NCBI RefSeq assembly: GCF_006345805.1
Contig: NC_042999.1
Location: forward strand, 79,422,001 to 79,486,000
Direction: 5' to 3'
DNA: 64,000 nucleotides
Source: Octopus sinensis
Taxonomy: Eukaryota
The notes under the pieces are model-generated. The model had not been told where the DNA came from, searched no databases, and worked only from the letters and a program-made list of their open reading frames with translations. Shown in pieces: positions 53,462 through 64,000 of the stretch. Positions within the stretch are counted from its first letter, which is position 1. Each line of letters opens with the position of its first letter. The position numbers were made by a program, and so were the translations under genes.

Positions 53462-53469
53462 TAATATTA

Positions 53470-54215
53470 ATATAAGAGGAATTAAACAACCTTGTTGGAA
53501 AAGGAGAATTTCAGAAGATATAAACATAAGCAGGAAAGAAAAGGAGAAATGAAGAATGATCACAAATTTCAAAAAAGTGAGTAAGAAGTGAGAAATACAT
53601 TAAGCATACATTCAAAAGATCTGAACGTTGCAACTGAAAAACTGAAGCAGCGCATACTTGCGAAAAAAGCAAAAGTAATTAGGTTTGAGCAACGGATTAA
53701 GCAATACCGGCAAAACCGGTTGTTTAGAATCGACCAAAATGAAGATTTTATCAAGAAATTGATGATGATATAGAACGTGAACGGTTAGATCCTGATGTTG
53801 AAGAAATTCGACAGTTCTAGGGTAAAATATTGATTGACATGAGCATACCTCGTGACCATAATATCTCAGCAAAAGAATTTGATAAGCTCAGAAAATATAA
53901 AGATTTGCTCACAGAAATCGAAAATATGTGGTATCTAAAGACAGTTGCAATACCAGAGTCGGAGACTAGCAAAATCCTCTGGGATTTCCCAATCCAAATA
54001 GGTCAGATGCATAACATACCGGACATAGTGGTGGTGGACAAGGTGCACCACATAAGCTATATAGTTGATGTTGCGTGCCTCATTGACCCGCGAATAGTAA
54101 AGAAGGAAGGTGATAAGATAGATAGATAGATACAACCCTCTTAAGTAGAAATAGCTCGGCTATGGAAAATGAAGAATGTGAAGATAATGCCAATTATTGT
54201 TGTGTCCTTGGGATC
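53470..54215 (+). mobile_element. Mosaic of R4-like LINE fragments, including the restriction-like endonuclease region
   Basis: EKLKQRILAK..QYRQNRLF; LIDMSIP.D..K..KY.DL; KILWDF.IQ..HN.PDIVVVDK..IVDVAC..D (PD..D motif). Confidence 0.8.
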
Positions 54216-55600
54216 CAAGATGGAGTCTGAACTTTCAAAATGTGCTGTGATGGTGATCAGATAAGGGAAATTTGTCAGAACAGACGGTATATGTTTGTAA
54301 AGTGGTAAAATGATGAAGGCAATTGAACCTAAATCCGGTTATAAATACCAGGGAACATTTAAGCATGATGATATGAAAGAAGAGGCAAAGAAAAAGAATC
54401 TACGGCGACTGAAAAAGATACTGGATTCAAATTTGAATACCAGAAACATTTCAGGTAATAAACTTGAATATAGTTGCGGTGGTTCGGTATGGAGCTAGAA
54501 TTCTGAAGTTGACAGAGGATGAGTTAAAGGAGCTGGACAGAAAAACAAGAAAGCTCCTAACCATGCATAGAGCCCATCATCCACGTGCAAACATTGATTG
54601 TCTATACATGAAGAGAGCAAATATCATGGAAGACTGCTTACATATTGAACATAGAAACTTTTTGAAATGTCTAGCCCAAAGTGAGGAAACCTTCCTAGTG
54701 GTCATTAGCGATGAGGGCAGATTGAGAGCAAAAAAAAAAAGAACAAATCAAGAAGTTCAAGAAGGACATGAAGAAGCTCTACACAACAGCAGACTACAGA
54801 ATCAATCCCATATAGCCATAGCTGAAGTTGCTGGAACACGCAGATGGAACTGATTGAGAAAGGGAACATTGAAAAAAAGAGACTGAAAACACTGTACTTA
54901 CAGTGCAAGACCAATCTTTGGCCACAAATAGAAGGTCAACCTTAGAAATGAGCAACTGTTTCCATTGTACCGAATTTGTAATAGATTTGACGAAACCATT
55001 GCTCATATTGTGAATGAATTGTCCAAAACCAATGTAAGTTGTGGCAACATGATGAAGTAGAAAAAGTGTTGCTTTGGAAACTGTGAAATGTGGGAGTTAG
55101 AGAGAGGCAAGACACGGTACGAACACAAAACACAGAGACTGGCAGCGACGAAGGCTTGAAAAATCCTGTGGGATTACTCAATCCTAATGGACCATGTACT
55201 TGAACACAACAAACCGGATCTAATGGTAAACCAGGTTTGCTCTTATATTTATGTTGCATGACAATATGACCCACGAATACTTAAGAAGGAGGGCGAAAAA
55301 AAATATGCAATCCTGTTCTGTTTGCGATAGCCTGACTGGAAAATGGAAAAGGTGAAGATAGTGCCAAATATTGTTGGGGCTTCGGGGTTAGTATCAAAAG
55401 GTATTTAGAAGAGTATAAAGGAAATGAGAATAGAATGCTCAGCAAAGTTGCTACAAAAAGTTTGCTACTTTGGTACTACCAGAATCACCAGGGAAGTATT
55501 AGATAGCGGAAGAGAACAAATGGCGTGGTACTGCAGGTAGCAAGCGTGCCACACATGCAAAACTTCAGGAGTTAAAAAGAAAACTTAAAATAGCAACAAC
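54216..55600 (+). mobile_element. Second, 5'-truncated R4-like LINE (RT C-terminus to 3' end)
   Basis: GYKY, LRRLKKILDSNLN, ELDRKTRKLLTMHRAHHPRA, ETIAHIV.ECP, K.LWD..HNKPDL, KIVP. Confidence 0.82.
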
Positions 55601-55627
55601 AAAACAACAACGATAATGATAATAATA

Positions 55628-56090
55628 AAGGTAGATAAGGAAAAAAGGAAACTAAGATCATAGATATTGCAATACTTGAGATGCACGGATAAGTGACAAT
55701 GAACTAGAAAAGATTGAAAATTATAGACTACTAAAAAACGAAATTGCAAGAATGTGGACTATGAGGAGAGTGTTTGTCATTCCAGTAGCTGTAGGAGCAC
55801 TCAGAGCACTAACAACCAATTACGAGAAATATGTAAAAGAAATCGGAATTGACATGAGAACAGAACAAACCCCCAAAACTGCTCTGCAGGAGACAGCTAG
55901 GATTTTGATATTGGTACTTGGATGTTTAATGTTTCACCCGATAATTAATAACCAAGTATCAAAGCGTATAATGTGCAGAGACCCCGTGAGACCTCTGACA
56001 GCAGGCTGCTGTCCGCCCTCACAGAAACTACCAGAACAAACAATACCGAGCGTTCTGAGAAGCAAAACAACATTAATTTACTATAATAAT
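55628..56090 (+). mobile_element. Third R4-like LINE 3' fragment
   Basis: KIIDIAI...ELEKIENYRLLKNEIARMW..VIPVAVGAL..KTAL..TARIL; TAA repeats on both sides. Confidence 0.8.
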
Positions 56091-56169
56091 ACTGTTGTGT
56101 TTTTCTCCGTCACAACATATGAATGAGAAAGAAAGGGGCGATAAATAAATAAAGAAGGAAGGAGTGATG

Positions 56170-56302
56170 GCAATCTTGGAAGGTGAATGATGGAAATTCT
56201 ACGGTGAAAAAAATCAAACAGCGTTTCAAGTCTGTGTGAGTACATGTGTGTATGTATGTAAAAGGGAAGTATGTGAATTTTTGTGCGTGTGTATGTGTTT
56301 GC

Positions 56303-56342
<40 letters not shown>

Positions 56343-56462
56343 AATGGAAGTGGGATGGTGAACATTCAATGCTGAAAAGAAAAATCAAACAGCGTTTCAA
56401 CCCTGTGTGAGTATATCTGAGTATGCGTGTGCAAGGGAAGTGTGTAAATTTTTGTATGTGTG
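56170..56462 (+). repeat. Diverged direct repeat of about 120 bp separated by (TG)n
   Basis: AAAAATCAAACAGCGTTTCAA..CTGTGTGAGTA...AAGGGAAGT.TGT.AATTTTTGT occurs twice. Confidence 0.8.
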
Positions 56463-56645
56463 AACCAAAGTTCTTTCAGGCACAAACGATGGTCGATGTC
56501 ACTTCTCAAAAGACAACCACTAGATAACATTGACGAGTATGTTAATTTGAATTACCATCCATAATCTCTTGTCCTTATTTATGTATGAAATACTACAATT
56601 AGCCCTCATTTTTGACGACACGGTGTCAGCTAGTAATAATAATAA

Positions 56646-57010
56646 TCTTTTCTATTATAGGCTCAAGACCTGAAATTTTGGGAGAGAGACCTAGTCAATT
56701 ACATCAAGTTCAGTGTTCAACTGATACTTTATCTTATTGATCTCGAAATGACGAAAGGCAAAGTGGAACTTGTGGGTATTGGACTCAGAACGTAAGGAGT
56801 CGGAATATTATTAAGAATAATAGTTTCTAATTTAGGTCCATAGCTAGAAATTTTGAGGAGAAGCGACTAATCGATCACATTGACCTATTATTTTATTATT
56901 TTATTCGTACTTTATTTCAGGGAACCCAGGAAGATGAGAGTTGACTCCAGCAGGATTTTGAACTCCGAATGTAGAGAGCTGGAACGAATGTTGCAAAGTA
57001 TTTTCCGATG
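56646..57010 (-). mobile_element. Two degenerate SINE family B copies
   Basis: CCTGAAATTTTGGGAG...GAAAGGCAAAGT...ACTCAGAACGTAA. Confidence 0.7.
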
Positions 57011-57789
57011 CAGCCGTTTAGTTGAGTAAGCAAAATAAAAAAAAAAAAATTTAAGGGGTTGGGAATGATGTAAACTTTTGACTAAAATTTGTAATAGATA
57101 ACGGCTCAGCAGTTGCGGAAATATTCAACAGGTGTACTGAAAGCGATGTGAGAAGCCATTTTAACCACAAATGACAAAACAACCAGCACCTAAAAACTAT
57201 TGACCAATAATTCATTTGCCTCATTTGCCTATTGAACAGCAGTAAAAATATACATTTCAGATGATGCAAAGACGGTTTACGATATGAAGATCAGTTATTG
57301 TTAAATAGAATCTGTAGAAAAAGAAAAAAAGCGATTGTGGATTTGTGTGCAGTATGGGTTATTAATAGAACGGTTTTGAAAGTGTTTTTTACTCTTGGAT
57401 TTTGGAAACATTGGCCCTAAGCAATGTAGTGAGCATAACAAGCATATACATACAACGTTATGAAATTATGGCAAGCAATGCTATAGTTACAAACAAGAAG
57501 GGATAACTAAAACCATTGCCATTAGAGAATATAATACCTAGGGAACTTTCTCTGTCTGTCTGTCTGTCTGTCTTTCTGTCTCTCTCAACATTTTGCTCCT
57601 AGGCCTTAACACTTTGAATCATCATTCTAAATCGGCTTGAACTCAAGTGCAAATTGTCTAAAACAAATCAACTACTTGAAATATTTGCACGGGCTAAAAT
57701 ATATATTTAGATTTAGAAATGTCATGAACCCTAGGACTTGAAGCCAGAGCTTAACTCAATTTTCATGATATATAAGAGACCGAAATTAC

Positions 57790-57993
57790 AAAACCTCCTC
57801 CTGAACGAGACGCCAGTTTACCGCAGGGTTAAATTCCCAGTTATTGCTGGAATTCGTTTACAGCTGAGTGGACTAAGGAAAAATGAAATAAAATGTTTTG
57901 CACAAAAACACAACGTACCATCCATTCCGGGAATCGAAACTACAATCTTATGATCATGAGTATAATACTCTAACCACTAGACCATACGCCTTC
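57790..57993 (-). mobile_element. SINE family C variant, degenerate
   Basis: CAGCTGAGTGGACT...GAAATAAA.TGT.TTGC.CAA..ACACAACG...GGGAATCGAAAC...CTAACCACTAG. Confidence 0.7.
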
Positions 57994-59059
57994 GTACACA
58001 CACGCACAAGAAATAAAAGTTAAGAACAAAGTATTAGAGACATATTAAGTTAAGTTTGGAGAAAGAACTAAATGCCGACAATATGCATAAGTAGTTGCAC
58101 TATAACCATTTCTGTAATATCTGTGGTTATAGTAATTTTAACTAGGAACCAAGCGAATTAGAAAAAAATAGACAACAAAACAATGACTGCATCTGAATAC
58201 ACCGCTTAAAACGTTACACAGAAAGATTATATTTTGCACCAACACAGATAAGTTAAAATTTTCTGTAACTAGAAGAAAACTGTTACAAAGTCTCTTGTGC
58301 GAGACTAATGAAATATCTTGTTCAGAAACAAATTTAAATAACTATAAGGCAAAATAAAAAATAATTCTTTCCTGTCTTCAAGGGGAACAACAATTATGAA
58401 ACAGCGACTGGATAACCGCCATTTTGATATGGATATAGAAAAGAAAATGACAGAATGCAAACACACACGCATAAACATTCCAATATGAAGTTGTGTATAT
58501 TTCTCCCATGTATTTTAGGTTATATATAAAAAAATAGAGATAAAACCATTCATACATACGAGCATACACATGTATAATCGTGCTACACATTTATATGTCA
58601 AATATCATGGAGGCAATTGGACATTTTAAGGCACATAAAATACAGACATATACCCATACACGGTCTCATAAAATACATAAATATATATTTGCATATACCA
58701 GCGTATAATTATAGATCTATATTTGCATATACACCCACCCACCCCCACACACACAAACATATAAACATACACATACAAATAAAACCTGTATGTTTTTCAA
58801 AGGAGTTAGAACTGAATTTCTTTCGAATAAACTGCTTAAATTTTTCATGATTTTATATTGCTTTCGTTTGTTCAAGTTTTATATTCTAAGAAGTCGAAAG
58901 TGAGTAGTCAACAAGAGAATGTATTCTAAAAATGATTATAAAGCTAGAATCTGTTTTCCCTGTCATCATACTTTGAAATAAGCTCCATCTACTCAAACCC
59001 GAAGTAAAGGAGATTGTAATAAAGAATAAATATAAAAAGTACACACACGCACACACACA

Positions 59060-59104
<45 letters not shown>

Positions 59105-59114
59105 TGTATTTATA

Positions 59115-59372
59115 TACTCTTTTACTTTGTTTCAGTCATTTGACTGCGGCCATGGAGCACCGCCTTCAGTGGAGCAAATCGAACCCAGGACTTATTTTTT
59201 GCACCCCACCAAACATCGCCTGACAACCGATGCTGGTGTGTTTACGCCCCCGTAACTTAGCGGTTCTGCAAAAGAGACCGATAGAATAAGTACTAGGCGT
59301 ACAAAGAATAAGTTCTGGGGTAGATTTGTTCGACTAAAAGGCGGTGCTTCAGCATGGCCACAGTCAAATGAC
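59115..59372. mobile_element. Fold-back made of two inverted SINE A 3' segments
   Basis: 59133-59197 is the reverse complement of 59305-59372. Confidence 0.85.
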
Positions 59373-59859
59373 GAGTATATTCAGGTCTAGTCTTTACCTC
59401 AAACATTTCCTCTATTCCTTTTTATTCTCAGTCTTCTCTCTGTCCTTCCCTCACACGTTCGGTAATAAAACTCTTTCTCTATAGTCTCTCTCTGTGTGTT
59501 TTTCACTCTTTATCTCTCTCTCTCTCTCTCTGTTATTTTCTCATTCATGAAACAGTAGACCGGCGTTACAGTATGAAATCCATGTAATATATAAGTCAGT
59601 GTCAATACGAGTGCAATATGATATTAAATATTATATATGCGTTCCTAAAGAAACAGCACAGGTGCAGAAAGAAACAGCAAGAGTAAGTAATTTCACTAAA
59701 GAAAAATTAATATAACACACACACACTCACACACAGAGGCAAGATCTCAGTTATATATTACACAGCGATTAATCAAAGCCAGGAGTTTCACTTGTTCAAG
59801 TAAAGGCAAATATATATATATGTATATAAACACATATATGCACGTAGACACATGCATAC

Positions 59860-59890
<31 letters not shown>

Positions 59891-59972
59891 TGTATGTATG
59901 TATGTATGTATGTATGTATGTATGTATGTATATATATATATATATATATATAATATACATACATATATATGT

Positions 59973-60165
59973 ATGGGAAAATTTACAAAAAAAACAACAA
60001 AAGACGAAGACAGGTAATGTAGACAACAAACAGATGTATTAGTTTAACGCTTGGGGAGTGAAAAAGTGTTTAACGTTTCGAGTCTACGCTCTTCTATAGA
60101 AAGGAACACAGAAAGAAACAAGGAGAGAAAATAATGTGTAGTGGCCAGCGATCTATCATGCCGAA
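59973..60165 (-). mobile_element. Penelope-like pLTR fragment (same family as 42845-43102)
   Basis: Minus strand: CCTTT-CTATAGA-A-GAGC-GTAG-ACTC-GAAA-CG-TT-AAA, followed by the same downstream sequence; embedded in (TA)n. Confidence 0.6.
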
Positions 60166-60197
60166 TATTTATATATATATATATATATATATACTTA

Positions 60198-60300
60198 CAG
60201 GGTGGACCAAAAGTAGGTTCACAGTTATTCAACTTTCTGTTTCACATTCATATATTAACAGTTTAGATCTTAATTATAAAAATATATGAAACAATTATAC
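60198..60300 (+). mobile_element. Tc1/mariner-like terminal fragment
   Basis: TA|CAGGGTGGACCAAAAGTAGGTTCACAGTT resembles a Tc1/mariner TIR; no partner TIR seen. Confidence 0.5.
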
Positions 60301-61835
60301 TATGCTAATTGAGTTGATTGCACTCTCTGCCGAAATAGTTACAATACCCGGATAGGCTCCTGTATCACGAGCTTTTAGGTTTGAAGTAACATAATAGTTT
60401 CAAATTTTAGCACAAGGCTAGTAATTTTGAGGAGAGGGAACAAGTGGATTATATCGATCCCGGTAACTAGCAGGTATTTTATTTTACCGGCCCAATAAGG
60501 ACTTGAACTCAGAATGCCAGTAAAAATACTGCCAACAATTTTTTTCTGACATCTCAATAGTCCTGCCACTCACTTTGATGACTTTTGCGAAAATATGGGA
60601 AAAACAATAATAAGATATCACAGGAGATGCTCCAGCGCGGTTTTGATCGTAATTGCTGAAACAAACTAGAAACTAACAAAGAACACATACGCGTAAAAAT
60701 TAAAATGGAGCTCCTTCAGTTTCGAATATGACCCTTCAATTTGTTCGATCAACTAAATTTACCTTCTCATCGAAGTAAGTGGATGAGTATTCTGCATGTG
60801 CACTCTTGAGATAATTCTTGCGTAGAATCAGAGTTACAGGGTTTGACAAAGATGAACCTTTGAACTACAGACACAACCAACTCGATTGGCGTCTACGAAG
60901 TTCCCACCACTCCTCTCATAATGATTTGTTTATGAAAATGGTCCACGCGTGGTTATAGGAAATGACACTTCTTCAACATGTAACATGGGAGGTGGAATTG
61001 AACCCAAAAGCTCGTGACAAGGAAGCGAACTTCTTAAACATTCGGCCATGTTACCTCCACCTGCGCATATACATACAAACACACGCGCAGTAAGGGAATA
61101 CGATTGATTATTGCAGCCTACTGCAAGTCATTAACTGTATACGCACTGTGACTTCAAATCTTTCAGATGACATCTAGGTGTATTAATTCATTAGAAACAA
61201 GGGTTTCATATGTTCAACAAACAAACAAATAAGTACAAAATGAAGACAAAAAAAAAGGAGAAACGAAAAACAACAAAACATGGCGTTTGTTTGAGTTTGA
61301 CGATGGCTGTGTAGACGTTGAGTGACATTCGATCTGATTTTTTTGTGTATTTTTTCTTCTTCAAACAACAACAACAACAACCACCACAACCACCACCACA
61401 ACAACAACAACAATAATAAAGCATCTTAAATCAATGATGTTATCTTAATTATTCCTGAAGTCTGTTAGTGTCTGATGTCTAATGTCCGTGTGTAAACTTT
61501 AGTCGACCTTCCTATCACATTTTACCGTAAACACTGTTTATGGTTGTAATTTGTCGTTTTTCTTGCTGTTGCTGTTATTAATTCGTCCCAGATGAGACCT
61601 GATGGAGCACACCGATGATCAAAGGTGTTTCAGCTGCAATGACGATAAACGATAGACTATTACCTGAGAGGGAGCAGAATTTGGCTGCAGTTTTTAGTAG
61701 CTGATCAAATCACCACCTAACGACTCCCTCTGTACTTGTCGTTAACACTCTAGTAGTAGTAGTAGTAGTAGTAGTAGTGCAACTGTTGCTGGTACAATGT
61801 TTATTTTTTGTGCTATATTCTTAGGGTTCTCCACA

Positions 61836-62047
61836 AGGCGGTGAGCTGGCAGAAACGTTAGCACGCCGGGTGAATTGCTTAGCGGTTTTTGTCTGCCTTT
61901 ACGTTCTGAGTTCAAATTCCGCCGAAGTCGATTCAGCATTTCATCTTTTCGGGGTCGATAAATTAAGTACCAGTTGCTTACTGGGTCGATCTAATCGACT
62001 GGTCCCCTCCCCCAAAATCTCGGGGCTTGTGCCAAAAGTAGAAAAGT
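61836..62047 (+). mobile_element. SINE family B, full-length monomer
   Basis: GGCGGTGAGCTGGCAGAAACG...GAGTTCAAATTCC...TTTCATCTTTTCGGGGTCGATAAATTAAGTACCAG...GTAGAAAAG. Confidence 0.9.
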
Positions 62048-62842
62048 ATATTCTTAGGGTTCCACTGAGCGTTAGTCCTTGTTAACATCGAGTTTCAGCT
62101 CCCCATTTTATAAAGGGATGATAAACATCCCAGTACGTAGGGCGAAACTTCGGATGATGTGGTTTTTATTGCACATTTGAGGAGATGTAAGCCCCACATT
62201 TACCTCTTCAACAATCCGTTTGGTATTTGTGCATCAAAACAAGAGTTATTTCCCCGAGGCTGGTGAATATAGCTAGGAGACTGCATACGCATACGATCGG
62301 TAGTCAGAGCAAGTTCACGATAGCCAAGCTTGCACAAATCATTTCCAGTTGCAGTTCAATGAGATGCGGGTCAATTTAGGAGTCTTTGCTTTGCCGTTCA
62401 ACCTGCTGTGAGTGGTAGCTAAGACAATTTTAATACTCATCCTACTGTCTTAACAAACAAAGACTGAATATGCATATCGCGGGACAGCACACTTTCAATA
62501 AAAGAAAAAAATTACCCTTGATTGTTCAATGAAGGAAGCCGAATTAACAATAACGACGATGAGCATAACAACAATCGCAAATAAATGAGTTTTATGGAAC
62601 CAGGTTTTATAAAAAATAAAATTTTTCTGGACACAAGAAAGGAAGTTTGGTTCCAAAATCAGCCACTAGCCCGACCCTATGCGTTAGTTGAACCAGTGTT
62701 GTCTACATTGCCGCTTAGTAACTAGAGCTGTGGTTTCGATCATTGCTTAAGGTGAGTGGCGTAAGTAGATGATGACAGCTGAATAGAATGAAACAAGTTT
62801 GTTTATCCTATGATTTCTCGCCTTTCTTTAAGATTAAGAGTA

Positions 62843-62876
<34 letters not shown>

Positions 62877-63303
62877 TCTAATAAATAAGATTTATACCTT
62901 GGCATGCATTGTTGACGCTTAGTTGATTTGGCATTGACAAAATCTGACACGGTCTTGTCTGTCTATACACATGTGCACCCCACTCTTTCACATACACACA
63001 CACACACACACAACACACACACACACACACACACACTCACTCACTCACTCTCTCACTCTCTCTCTCACGCATACACATATATTTCAGTGCAAATAGGAAG
63101 GCCTTAACGACAGCTGCATCATATAAAAGCTATTTTTGTATTACATTATAATATCAATGTGTAAATCTCCCTTGGAAATTTACCTGTTTCTATTCTCCAT
63201 TTTTTCATTAAATGCAATCAATAGTAAGACAGAATTGATTAAGACTCCCACTGTATCGTATGTCACTCGGCGAAATCGATTTTTCTAACCTCGCTTCCCT
63301 TAC

Positions 63304-63321
63304 AATTGCTCGTGCGGCCAT
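63304..63321 (-). CDS. Candidate first coding exon of the ARID3/dri gene (MAARAI)
   Basis: acgATGG context, in-frame upstream TGA, phase-0 donor ATT|GTAAGG compatible with the 48614 acceptor; lies in a repeat-free island. Confidence 0.3.
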
Positions 63322-63485
63322 CGTTTTTCATGCAATGTCTGATTACCTGCTGGCTGTTGTAATTGCATGTAAAGCAACAAATCAACGGTAAATTATGCTG
63401 ATTTCTTCAGCTAATAAAGCTACTTGTGTTACTACTAGCAGCACCACTGCTGCTGCAACTAATAGTACTCCTGTTGCACGTATAA

Positions 63486-63570
<85 letters not shown>

Positions 63571-64000
63571 CACATTTATCCATACATTGGCACACTACAG
63601 AGGTGACTCCTTGTAATCAAGTCAGAGTAGGAAGTATTAGAATTCAAAGCCATATAATCGAGGTAGACTACTTATAGTGTATGTGTTCCGTCTTACGGTT
63701 TCTCATAAAAATGAACTGTTTATATTAAAATCGTTTTTTTCTGCATTCATGTAGGAAACACCCTTGAATATATATATATATATATATATAATCCAAATTC
63801 TAAATTATCATCCTCCTTAGCAACAAATACACACAACCTCAAATCACAAAATATTCCATAAACCCTATCCTGGTCTATAATAAGCAAAGCTCGCCCATAC
63901 AATGCAAACATAGGCAAGTGTAAGTCATGTCTAAAAGAATCATTAACCATCCTTCGCCATCATAACTCCTAATTGCTTAATAGATTCTGTGATTGTTATT

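Overview
AT-rich, microsatellite-dense eukaryotic DNA. The SINE and LINE repertoire looks like an Octopus (coleoid cephalopod) genome; this is from recall, not a search. Almost all ORFs in the supplied track are microsatellite noise. The only convincing host coding sequence is an 864-nt phase 0/0 minus-strand exon (47751-48614) of a dead ringer/ARID3-type transcription factor, ending at the WTFQEQFKQ motif just before the ARID domain. A possible 18-nt first coding exon lies at 63304-63321. No ARID-domain exon was found downstream, so most of the window is probably one intron of more than 47 kb. That intron and the upstream one hold three tRNA-derived SINE families (often as concatemers), a co-oriented pile-up of R4/Dong-clade LINE fragments at (TAA)n repeats (48.8-56.1 kb), DNA-transposon relics and local duplications. 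The most interesting signals are (i) a cluster of distinct minimal hammerhead-ribozyme-like motifs in Penelope-like direct and inverted repeats (38.1, 42.9-46.1 and 60.1 kb), (ii) a recursive-splice-site/RS-exon-like architecture at about 30.0 kb, and (iii) several fold-back structures that could be ADAR substrates.
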